From the NCBI RefSeq assembly GCF_009914755.1, contig NC_060935.1: 64,000 nt of DNA, one strand, 5' to 3'. The position numbers were made by a program, and so were the translations under genes. The stretch's first letter is position 1. Each line of letters begins with the position of its first letter. Under the pieces are notes generated by a model that worked only from the letters and a program-made list of their open reading frames with translations, made no database searches and was not told the DNA's origin. Source of the DNA: the human T2T-CHM13v2.0 reference genome, Homo sapiens. Positions 39,901 through 51,573 of this stretch are shown in pieces.

Positions 39901-40835
39901 TGGGGACCACAGCCGCTCTGGCATCCCGGGTCTAATTAGCACATTTTCTTTTGGAAGCTTTCCCAGGACACCTTTCTCTGTTCAGAAACAGGGCTACTCT
40001 GCAAGAACCCGACACAAGATGACGACGGTGTCACATCGTTACAGACAGAATGCCTCAGCATGCTTCATACTCCTCCATCTCTGGTCCCCACCCAAAATAT
40101 TCTCTGTCCCCCTCGGCCGGCTGCCTGGGCACTGAGTGATCCTGATTGCAACCTGGGTAGGCAGCTGGTTCCCCCAGCAAGGAGTCTGTCATCTGATCCA
40201 AACAGCCCCCTTCAGCTCCCATGACACTTGTGAATGTGGCCTCTATGCAAGCCAGAGGCGGTATCCGTGCAACAGTCACTCTCATTTCCCTCTCCCCGCT
40301 CCTTGCTACTTCCTACCCTCCTTCCCCATTTCTCCCCAGAAGCAGCAGAAAGCTTCCATGAGATGAACAACTTTGTTCCCCAAATGCCTTCTGGTCCCCA
40401 AACAAGAAGGCCTCCAGGGGGACAGGAGCTCCCTTTCAATTTCAAAGGGTTCCTCACCCCAGACCAGGGCTGTGGGCACAGACTGGCTCCTCCTACCCAG
40501 CTGGGGAGGGGCTCCCCAGGCAGGGTTCAGATCCCAGGTTTGTGAGAAGATGCTCTGAGCTCCTACCTGGTCCTCCAGCTTCTAGAGAAGGCAGGGTTTG
40601 CTGTGGAATCGAGGGATCAGATTCCCACATCAGCTCTGGCGAGATGTTCCTCTCACCGAGGGATTGCAGTAAGGTCACTGCCGGCGGTGCACTGAGACTC
40701 CAGGGCCCAAAGGAGTCACACTGTGGCGGGAAGAGAGAGGGGAAAGGTGGTGACAGGCTGGAATCAATCACAGCGGCCTTCTAAAGAGGTTAGAAAAAGG
40801 AACCCCTTAAATGTGGCCCCCACACAGACACACAC

Positions 40836-40968
40836 GGGCGGGGAATCACAGGAAGTGGCATCCTCACTAGTCCCCATTCCTGGTGTATAAAATCTGTACC
40901 CAAGTCCCCGTGTTCTCTGTCACGGCGCTCCCAGTATAGATGTCAAGGAAGTCATCATGGTTGTAAGT
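40836..40968 (+). promoter_or_regulatory. Candidate TATA promoter and short first exon (speculative)
   Basis: GGGCGGGG 40836, ACAGGAAGTG 40848, TATAAAA 40886, atcATGG (ATG at 40957), donor-like GTAAGT 40963. Motif order only. Confidence 0.2.
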
Positions 40969-41078
40969 AGGAATTTGGGAGCCGGAAGGCTGGTGTGTGG
41001 AGCAGACCTGCACACAATGGCCCCACAATGGACCAGATTTTCACTCAAAGCCATTGAGAGGGAAAAATAAGTTCCTTA

Positions 41079-41651
41079 TGTGAAGTTCTGGGTTTGCCAA
41101 GAGGCATTTGATAAAAGCCAGGGAAACACAGTAGTAGGTCTGTCACCACAGGACTCCCCTATCTGGCCCCACTCTGCTGATCTCAGAATGCCCAGCTGCC
41201 TCGCAGGTGTAACGGAGACCAAACGGCAAGTCCTGTGGCCTGAACACACCCAGTGCAGAGAGCTCCGGCCTCTAGCCACGCCTGGAACCTGCACTTCTTC
41301 CCTGCAGAGCCAAGAAGCCCAGACATGACCTGACTGTGCGAACCCTTCCAGAGGCAAGGGGTCTGCTGGCTAGGAAAATCTGTGCTGAAATCCCCCTCAT
41401 CATTCCTTACAATCATGGGTCAGATTTGAAGCCCCGATCAGTCCCCACAAGCCAACATTCCTAAATCCTTTCCCTCACTCTCCAGCCCATTAAAACTCAC
41501 CCCAGACCCCAGATCTGGGAGATCAGATTTGAGCTGCCTCTCTTATCTCCCTGATGGTCAACCTCGCAGTAAAGCCCTTTCTTTCCTCAGAAACCCGTAC
41601 CATGGTATTGGCTTCTATGCACGTAGAGCATGAGCCCCTTGCTCAGTAACA
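41079..41651 (+). mobile_element. ERV1-class solo LTR (MER4-group-like)
   Basis: TG...CA ends; U5-like aaagcccttt.ctttcctcagaaacc.gtaccatggtattggcttctatgc...ttgctcagtaaca. Confidence 0.75.
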
Positions 41652-44600
41652 TAGATATTTTTCATTCAAAGCTCCCATCAGAGCGGCTGGTCCCAGTAAA
41701 GCCCAGGCCCTGAGTGCAATCCTGTCTGTGAAAGGCCCCAGGAGGGTCTAGATGGCTCCACCCCACATGCGTACACTGCATGACTGCAGCTGTGTCTGCC
41801 TGGCATTACTGGCACACGCTGCTCCCCGCTGCTCACAGGTTTTCTGCTTAGGGCCTAGGCTCCTCCTGTCCACCCGCTCCCCCCACGGCTCTCCAGGTTG
41901 CGGCCACCCTAGCTCTGAGAGGAGAGGGAGACAGTGAGACGGACCATTTCTGTGAAGACTCTGCTGCAGGTTCCTCCTGGGCAAAGAGCACAGCCATTTC
42001 TGCTTTTTCCCCACCTTTTGAGCTCGATGGACTTGCAGAGCTGAGGCTGCCTCAGGGCAAAGCCATTCTGCCTCTTGTCAGAGCTCATTCTCACCTCTCC
42101 CTGTCACCTCTCTGATTCTCTCACAAGCAGCAGCCTCTTCATAAAACTTCTCCCCTGCCCCAATCTCCCAGCACTGCCCCTCCCCATCTGTACCTGGAGC
42201 CCAGGAGAAGAGGCCTGGGCTGAGCCTGCATCTATAGGGAGGAATTCCAGTCCCAGGAGCCACCTCCTTCCAGGCCCTTGGTCCCTGTAGTCCCAGCTCC
42301 CGACTGGCCCAGAACCCAAGGTGCCTACCGTGGGGGCTGCTGCTGTCCCCTGAGTGGTCTGCGCTGCAGAGCAGGACAGGAGATGCCAGGGCTCTCTTTG
42401 CAGCCTCCTCTCTTGGGGGCCAGAGGTGCAGCAGGCTGGGGAGGGAGGGCAGAACTCAGGCGTGCATGGCTGGGGGTCCTGGTGGGCTGGAACCTTCCTG
42501 CAGGGGTGGGATTGAGCTCACCCAGCTCCACATGCCTATCCCACTCTCCTGACTCCTATCACTCCTGGGAGTTGCCTGTCCAGGGCATTCAGGATTATTA
42601 GACAAAGCAGGACCGGAGCCCCTTCCAGAGTTAGGCGAGCCTGCTTGGCTTCATGCATGGGCCTTAATTAGAAAATTCATCTTAGCCACACAACAAAATG
42701 AGATTGAGGCTTCAGCGACAGCTAATCCCTTGTAGGAAATGAAAGATGCCCTTACAATGAAGATTTATTTTATGTTAGTTTTTCCCCAAGCACTCTTAAC
42801 TGACTGAGTAATGTAGTAATGATTACTCTGATATTTCCACATGCGCTTTTAAGAATTTATAAAGTCATCTGTCTTCTGAGGAGCCCGGGGAGCTACTTGA
42901 GTGGTACAGTGAAAATGGAAGAGGGGAGAGGCTCCTACCCTTCTGAGACTTCAGAAGAATCAATTGCAAAACAGCTCTTGGAGTTTGGAGACTCGGGGAG
43001 CAGGTGTGAGGATAAACTTCCCACAGAAGCAACCCTGGGATGGTGACTAAATATCCATCAAGTCAATGACAGGTGGCTTGGATGGGGGTGGGGAGACAGT
43101 GAGACCAGAGCAACAGGCCTCTGAAAAGGGAATTGGATGCAACGTCAGAGAAAAGTCGACTTGGATGCAACCTCAGGAAAAAGTCGCCATCCCAGGGCTT
43201 AGAGGGGAGGGTGTGGCCCAGTCACGGGAGGCTCCTGACCACTGCTGAGGGACGACACAGAGGGCCTGCCCAGGGTAAAGCATGCACGAAGTGGTCCCAG
43301 CAGCCCCTGCGTGTGTAAGTGTGCATGTGGTCATGTACACACATGTGCATGTGTGTGGGCATACCTATGTGAGTGCATGTTTGTTTGTGCACATAAGTGT
43401 GTGTGCACATGTGTGTAGGGCATGGAGGGTGTGGGATAAAAACGGAGGCACTGGCCCCTGAAGGCCTTTCAGATATGGATCCCATAAGCACTGGGAAGCC
43501 AGGGAGGGCAGACGTGGAAGGCTGCAGAATCAGAAACGCAGCCTCCTGGGGAAGGGCCCTGGGACCCCATGAGCCAAGCTGTGGGTTGCTCATGGCACAC
43601 TGCTGACTTCCTGCCGGCTTCCTCTGGAAAGCTCATTGAGATCCTTCCCTCCAGTTCTTCCCTGGCCCACGCCCTTCCTGCACACATACTACAGTCTCCT
43701 CTCTGCTCTGCGAGAGCCAGCTCATCTCCACTGCCGCTGGAGACAGGCAGCCTGGGGAGCAGTCTAACAAAACGGTCTCCAGAGGCGCAATCCCACAATG
43801 TGTGAGGGGAGGGGTCCCGGCCTGCGGTGGGGTGGAGGGGTTAATTACTGGGGCCTGGCAGGTGTCCACACAGGGCCGTGTCGACTTCTAGATCTCCAAA
43901 GAAGGCCTGGAGCTGCTGCCTCTCCGGAGCCAGGCCTCACTGCTGCAGGCCTGCAGTAGAACACTATGGGCCTTCCTAAGGTTTCAAGTGGGGCTTTTCC
44001 TAGATTGGGTGTTCACTGGTTGCTGTAGACCTTGGACTGTTTTCCAGAGCTCCTAGAAGGTTCGTTCAGCCACTTCTGGTTGTTCCTGATGTTGGAAGTC
44101 AGGGGACGGGGGTTTGCAGTCTTCCAGTTCACCATGTGGACAATGTCTCTCCCTTAAACCTTTTACTACGTAGGCCCTCAGATCTTTCCTTTATCACATT
44201 TGTAACCATTTGGCACAGCAATATTTCTCTTTTTATGTTTTTTAACTTCTGACGAGTCAATTTGCGTTTCAGTTTGCTTTCCACAGAACTTTAATCTGAA
44301 GGATTTGATGTTGTGTAGTCATAGGACTAAAGCTAGCTGTAATGACACTCACATAAAGAAGAAAGCTGTGTGAGTGCATAGCTCCTTTTGTAGACAGTTC
44401 TCTTTGCCATTTAAAGGAAGTGCAGGGAATCGTCCAGAGCAAATATCCCCCTTGGGGCCACATCGCCGAACACATTTTGGATAGTTGTTCTTCTGTTTAT
44501 TGGGCAAAGTGAGGCTTCTTTTTTCCCTTCAAGAGCCTTCTGCCTGTGAATCTGTGAAGCATGTTTGTCTGTCCGTGCTCCTATTCAAGAACACAGGCCT

Positions 44601-44875
44601 TTCCGGCCATTTATTGAGAGAGCCATGAGTGCTACTCTAGTTTGTTTACTTTGAAAACTACCTGGAAATGTCTAGCTATATTCTGTTTATTTTTAATTAA
44701 ATAATCTAATTACTATTTGAGCCTGTTTATAAAAAGAGAGCACGACTCTTCATCACAGAATACGGTGCAATAGTCGTTTGAGTCATGCCTTCTACCTATG
44801 TTTAGTTTATATGTTGGGATCTGCGTTTAGTCCACACTCAAAAAAAGAAAAGTCTTCTCAAATTGTCTAGTGTGG

Positions 44876-45384
44876 TTATATTTACCTTTATCTCTGTTGT
44901 AACAAACTGCCAGAAACACAGCGGCTTAAAACTAAACGAATTTATTATCTTACAGTTCTGAAATTCGAAAGGTAAAAGGTGCCTCACCAGGCTAAAACCG
45001 AAGGCGTCAGCAGGGCTGTTTCCTTCTGGAGTCTCAGGAGAAGCTGTGGCCTTGCCTTTCCAGCTTCTAGGGCATCCGCATTCCTTGGCTGGTGGCCCTT
45101 CCTCATCTTCAAAGCCAGCAATCTTGGGTTGACTCTTCCTCAAACTGAATCACATCAACATGGACTCTTTTGCCTTCCTCTTCCAATGTAAGGCCCCTGT
45201 GATTATACTGATCCCACCTAGATAATCCAGGATAATCCCCCTTTTTAAAAATCAGCCGATTTAGCTACCTTAATTCCATCCCAATCTTAACTTCCCTTTG
45301 CCATGCAACTTAACTTATTTGCATGTTCTGGGATTAGGATGAGGACACCCTTGGGGCAGACAGTATTTAATTTTGTTTATCACA
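44876..45384 (-). mobile_element. MaLR solo LTR (MLT1D-like)
   Basis: tgtaacaaactgcca.aaac...ggcttaaaa...atttattatcttacagttctg...tagataatccaggataatc...gggattaggatg.ggaca. Confidence 0.9.
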
Positions 45385-45516
45385 GTCGTGTTTTTCTACT
45401 TTTATTGTTTAAATCATTTGTATTACTTTTAAAATTTTACACATATGGTTGATTTAATCTTGTGTCTTTTGTCTTTCCAAGTAATTCAACTGTTGTCTAG
45501 CATATAAATATTCTAG

Positions 45517-45815
45517 GCCAGGTGTGGTGGCTCACGCCTGTAATCACGACACTTTGCGAGGCCGAGGTGGGCTGATCACCTGAGATAAGGAGTTCGAGAC
45601 CACCCTGACCAACATGAAGAAACCCCATCTCTACTAAAAATAAAAAATTAGCCGGGCATGGTGGTTGGTGCCTGTAATGCCAGCTACTCAGGAGGCTGAG
45701 GCAGGAGAATAGTTTGAACCCAGGAGGCAGAGGTTGCGGTGAGCCAAGATAGCACCATTGCACTCCAGCCTAGGAGACAGAGTGAGATTCCATCTCAGAA
45801 AGAAAGAAAGAAAAA
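45517..45815 (+). mobile_element. Alu (AluSp/Sq-like)
   Basis: Full Alu, ctgaccaacatg.agaaacccc; TSD aaatattcta / aaagattcta. Confidence 0.97.
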
Positions 45816-46145
45816 GATTCTAACAAAATCCTGAATTCTATAGAAAGAGAGATACAGGGAGGGTATGTTTCAGAGGCCATGGAATCTTTGAGACGCACAA
45901 TCTTTGAGTTAGAATGTTGAGACCCCAGCCTACCAATGACAAAGCTGACTTTTGGATATTTGGTGTTTTGACTCTTGATAATGTTGGAATTTCTTGTAAG
46001 ATAAAAATTCATTCATTTTGACATTTCAAAGCATTCCCATAATAACCATTGTTACAGTAAGTCTTTTAATTTTTATTGTCATTTATCAATATAGTACAAG
46101 AGCAAAGATTATAGTGCAACTTTATAAAGGAAGCAGAAGTGTTTC

Positions 46146-46392
46146 CAGGAGGGGTTAGGAAAATTGCTGCCGGAGCTCAGTGAGTTACTGCCCTCAGGCC
46201 ACGTCCCACCTGCCACCTGCGTTTGTAAATAAAGTTTTATTGGAACACAGCAAGACCATTTGTTTATGTAGTGTCTATACCTGCTTTTGTGCTACAAAGG
46301 TGGAGTTGAAGAGTTGCCCCAGAGATGGTGTAGCCCACAAAACCTACACTGCTTACTATCTGTTCCTTTACAGAGAAGTTAGCTGAAACCTG
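46146..46392. mobile_element. MER58A hAT-Charlie MITE
   Basis: gtttgtaaataaagttttattggaacacagc...ttactatctg..cctttacaga.aagtt.gctga..cctg. Confidence 0.88.
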
Positions 46393-46908
46393 ATAACAAA
46401 TTCATGACAAACAAGAAAAAGACACCATGGTGTCACTAATGTGGGCTGTGAATGGTGTTTTGGGCTTTCAAACCAGAGGAGAGGAGGGAGCTATGCAATT
46501 AATTCCTTGATAATTGCTGACTCCAAGATATGAACTTTTAGTAATTTTCTCTCACAAATTGACAAAATGAGGCGTGCCCGCGGGAAGATCTTCTGGGGAA
46601 CCCAAAGCAAAGTTTGAGCAATTCTTAGTAACAAGCATGTTGCAGGTCTAATTTCTGCCCTACGTTCCTAGGACAAGCTTGGAATTGATTGATTACTTTT
46701 ATAGTCTACCCTCCATCCATTCCCCATGGAACACTTTCTTAAACATTCAAAAGAAAAAGGACAATTCAAGACAAAACAAAACCACATGAAACAAGATTTT
46801 ATCACATAGATAAGCAAAAGCAAAGCAAACAGCAGGAAATAATCTGGTTAATAAAAAATATTTTCTAAATACTATGTTTCCAAAACAAAACAGCTAATAA
46901 CCTTATAT

Positions 46909-47598
46909 CAGCAGTTCACAAGTGGGGCAATTTTACACCTCAGGGAGCGTTTTGCAGTGCCCTGAGACGGTGTTGTTGGCTACATATGAGGAAGTAGTGT
47001 GTAGTGAGTGAGTAATTTTATGCTGCTTTTGCATCCATTTTTAAATATAGCTTTAATTTTTTTATACCTCTGTGAAGCAGGGCTCAGTCACTCTTGACAC
47101 AGTTTCCCATACTATAACCACCCAAATGGCAGTAGCTGGTGGACAGAGATAAACAGCAGAGGCATCTCTCCTGCCTGGCAGGCTGGGCTCCACTTTCCTG
47201 CCTTGCCTTTAAAAGGGCCATTCAGACATTTGCCTGAAACTCAAAGGGACCACCTCTCAGTCACAGCGTGACCTCCTGGAACTCATGCCGGTTGGCTTTA
47301 AACCCACCAATTAAAGCTCCCACAGGACATCTCTTGGGAGTGGGTCCCTTCTCTCGTTGTGTCCTTGAAGCTGTGCCCAGAATCAGACCCCTGAAGGGCA
47401 GCAGCTCTTTTGTCTGGGCCTCCCAGCTGCTGGGAATAGCAGTTACCAGCTAAACTGATATAGCTTCATTCAAAACAGGTTGCTGGTTGAATCTAGTGGG
47501 TAGAGACCAGAAGTGCTTTTAAACAACCTACAGTGCACAAGACCACAGCAGAGATTTACCAGTCCAAAACGGTGGTAGTGCTGACATTGAGAAACCCG
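46909..47598. mobile_element. MER20 hAT-Charlie element split by an LTR insertion
   Basis: 5' part ggggcaatttt.cacctcaggg..cgtttt.gcagtg (46909-47000); 3' part tctagtgggtagagaccag...ctacagtgcacaagac...gtgctgacattgagaaacc (47480-47598). Confidence 0.75.
47071..47455 (+). mobile_element. LTR fragment (LTR47-like)
   Basis: tgtgaagcagggctcagtcactcttgacacagtttcc...agaggcatctctcctgcct.gcag.ctgggctcc...ccattcag.catttgcc. Confidence 0.6.
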
Positions 47599-47847
47599 GC
47601 TTTATTCAAAAACTTAGGTCTAATTACTGAATGGTGTACTTCTAAATCAAAGTTCTAATTACTGAATACAAAGGCCTATGGCTAAGTACCCTTTACAAAG
47701 ACTTAATTCTGTCACCCTTATATGAAGACCTGCTTGGTTACAAATTCTGGGACTTCAAAATAATCTGGTAGAATGTTCGAGAACTGTCAAAGGTTGATGA
47801 GGGCAACATTTACTATCTGAAATAAAAGGGCAAGGTTGAGTTAACTG

Positions 47848-50095
47848 CTTACTATAGTAAAAGAGAGCTATGGGAGTCAGGTACAGTCTCTGAGCAGCGT
47901 AAGGGGTGACCTCACAAAGGTTTACTACAGTAATGGAGAGCTATGTGAGTCAGGCACCATCTCTCTGAGCGGCGTAAGGGGTGATCTCACAAAGGTTTAC
48001 TACAGTAATGGAGAGCTATGTGAGTCAGGCACCATCTCTCTGAGCGGCGTAAGGGGTGACCTCACAAAGGTTTACTACAGTAATGGAGAGCTATGTGAGT
48101 CAGGCACCATCTCTCTGAGCGGCATAAGGGGTGATCTCACAAACGTTTACTATAGTAAAGGAGAGCTATGTGAGTCAGGCACCGCCTCTCTGAGCGGCGT
48201 AAGGGGTGATCTCACAAAGGTTTACTACAGTAAAGGAGAGCTATGTGAGTCAGGCACCATCTCTCTGAGCGGCATAAGGGGTGATCTCACAAAGGTTTAC
48301 TATAGTAATGGAGAGCTATGTGAGTCAGGCACCGCCTCTCTGAGCGGCGTAAGGGGTGATCTCACAAAGGTTTACTACAGTAAAGGAGAGCTATGTGAGT
48401 CAGGCACCATCTCTCTGAGCGGCATAAGGGGTGATCTCACAAAGGTTTACTACAGTAATGGAGAGCTATGTGAGTCAGGCACCATCTCTCTGAGCGGCGT
48501 AAGGGGTGATCTCACAAAGGTTTACTATAGTAATGGAGAGCTATGTGAGTCAGGCACCGCCTCTCTGAGCGGCGTAAGGGGTGATCTCACAAAGGTTTAC
48601 TACAGTAAAGGAGAGCTATGTGAGTCAGGCACCGTCTCTCTGAGCGGCGTAAGGGGTGATCTCACAAACGTTTACTATAGTAAAGGAGAGCTATGGGAGT
48701 CAGGCACCGCCTCTCTGAGCGGCGTAAGGGGTGATCTCACAAAGGTTTACTATAGTAAAGGAGAGCTATGGGAGTCAGGCACCGCCTCTCTGAGCGGCGT
48801 AAGGGGTGATCTCACAAACGTTTACTATAGTAAAGGAGAGCTATGTGAGTCAGGCACCATCTCTCTGAGCGGCGTAAGGGGTGATCTCACAAAGGTTTAC
48901 TATAGTAAAGGAGAGCTATGCGAGTCAGGCACCGTCTCTCTGAGCGGCGTAAGGGGTGATCTCACAAAGGTTTACTATAGTAAAGGAGAGCTATGTGAGT
49001 CAGGCACCATCTCTCTGAGCGGCGTAAGGGGTGATCTCACAAAGGTTTACTATAGTAAAGGAGAGCTATGTGAGTCAGGCACCATCTCTCTGAGCGGCGT
49101 AAGGGGTGATCTCACAAAGGTTTACTACAGTAAAGGAGAGCTATGTGAGTCAGGCACCATCTCTCTGAGCGGCATAAGGGGTGATCTCACAAAGGTTTAC
49201 TATAGTAATGGAGAGCTATGTGAGTCAGGCACCGCCTCTCTGAGCGGCGTAAGGGGTGATCTCACAAAGGTTTACTACAGTAAAGGAGAGCTATGTGAGT
49301 CAGGCACCATCTCTCTGAGCGGCATAAGGGGTGATCTCACAAAGGTTTACTACAGTAATGGAGAGCTATGTGAGTCAGGCACCATCTCTCTGAGCGGCGT
49401 AAGGGGTGATCTCACAAAGGTTTACTATAGTAATGGAGAGCTATGTGAGTCAGGCACCGCCTCTCTGAGCGGCGTAAGGGGTGATCTCACAAAGGTTTAC
49501 TACAGTAAAGGAGAGCTATGTGAGTCAGGCACCGTCTCTCTGAGCGGCGTAAGGGGTGATCTCACAAACGTTTACTATAGTAAAGGAGAGCTATGGGAGT
49601 CAGGCACCGCCTCTCTGAGCGGCGTAAGGGGTGATCTCACAAAGGTTTACTATAGTAAAGGAGAGCTATGGGAGTCAGGCACCGCCTCTCTGAGCGGCGT
49701 AAGGGGTGATCTCACAAACGTTTACTATAGTAAAGGAGAGCTATGTGAGTCAGGCACCATCTCTCTGAGCGGCGTAAGGGGTGATCTCACAAAGGTTTAC
49801 TATAGTAAAGGAGAGCTATGCGAGTCAGGCACCGTCTCTCTGAGCGGCGTAAGGGGTGATCTCACAAAGGTTTACTATAGTAAAGGAGAGCTATGTGAGT
49901 CAGGCACCATCTCTCTGAGCGGCGTAAGGGGTGATCTCACAAAGGTTTACTATAGTAAAGGAGAGCTATGTGAGTCAGGCACCATCTCTCTGAGCGGCGT
50001 AAGGGGTGATCTCACAAACGTTTACTATAGTAAAGGAGAGCTATGCGAGTCAGGCACCGTCTCTCTGAGCGGCGTAAGGGGTGACCTCACAAAGG
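47848..50095. repeat. 75-bp VNTR/minisatellite, 29 full copies plus 1 diverged first copy
   Basis: Unit tttacta(t/c)agtaa(a/t)ggagagctatg(t/g/c)gagtcaggcacc(at/gc/gt)ctctctgagcggc(g/a)taaggggtgatctcacaaa(g/c)g at 47921+75k, k=0-28. Confidence 0.99.
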
Positions 50096-50404
50096 TTTTC
50101 AGTGGATGAAAGAGCACTGCTCTCATCTGCAGACGCAGGGTTATTGCTGTCATTGGCTGGCACTGGGAGGCATGTTTATTGGAGGCTTTCCAGGCCTAAC
50201 TTTCTGGGTGGAGGGCCTGACCCCGGTCGGCTTGCAGAGATGTGTTCACTGAAGATTGCGGTCTTGACCGCTTGAGCAAATTTAAAATTAGTTCTGTGGG
50301 CAACTTGTAACCATGGCTAGGCAACAGTCTTTCCTAAAGTTGTAGGATTACAAAAAAATTATCAGATGCCTTCACTCTCAACTGCATTTCAACTGACTTG
50401 GTCA

Positions 50405-50930
50405 TAGAATCAAAATTTTTGCCATGGTCTACAAGGACCTCTGCAGTCTGGCCTTGGTCCCTCTCCCGTCACCCTCTCTGTCCTTTTCACTTATGAAGCT
50501 CCAGCGTCTCAGAACAAGCCAAACCCTTCCCACCCTCAGGACCTGTGCACCTGCACATCTCTCTTTCAAGAATGCCAGTCCCTCACTTCATGTGGCTGGC
50601 AACTTCTCATTGCTGGATCTCAGCTCAGAGATGTTAGCATTAGAGAACCTTTTCTTGGCCACCTGGGATTTAGAAGACTCAAGTCACCCAAACCCAGACA
50701 CTTTCTTTCCTGACACTGTGCACTCCTTGCTATCTAAAGTTATTGTATTTGGGTCTCTGTCAACTCATCTCCCATCACTCGAGACCACTGCTTCCAGATT
50801 GTTAGCCCGATGAGGGCAGGGCCTTTCCTGTCTTATTAATGCCTGCATCCCCAGCACCAAGAAACAGCCACGTAGAAAGTTCTCAATAAATATTTACCAT
50901 GTCACAGTTCAATTAGAGAATGAATGTATG
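50405..50930 (+). mobile_element. L2 LINE 3' end
   Basis: catggtctacaaggacct..gcagtctggcc...gagggcagggcc...tccccagcacc...ctcaataaatattt...gaatgaatg. Confidence 0.8.
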
Positions 50931-51243
50931 AATACATAGCTGGGTCACAGCTTCTTAACCTGAGAAATTAAGGTCTCCATATAACTCATCTCTGAGGTCT
51001 CTCACAGTGCAAAGAGGGAACAAGGTTATGCCTCATACAACACCAAGAGAAACACACCGAGGTCCTGCCCTGCAGGGTCTGCCTGCGCGGTGGAGAGGGC
51101 TGCAGTAGGGGGAGGAACAAAGAGCGGTAGGAATGGAGACGAGGGGTTTTGTGTAGCTTGCAGGGTGTTAAGAGGGTGCTGGGGAGAGCTTCAGGCCAGG
51201 GCCGTCATTCCTTCTAGTTGGTCTTAAAAAATGTGTTGAACTT

Positions 51244-51573
<330 letters not shown>

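Noticed and set aside
47848-50095. CRISPR-like array (regular spacing, palindromic element)
   Set aside because: The whole unit repeats with no unique spacers, there are no cas genes, and the context is primate.
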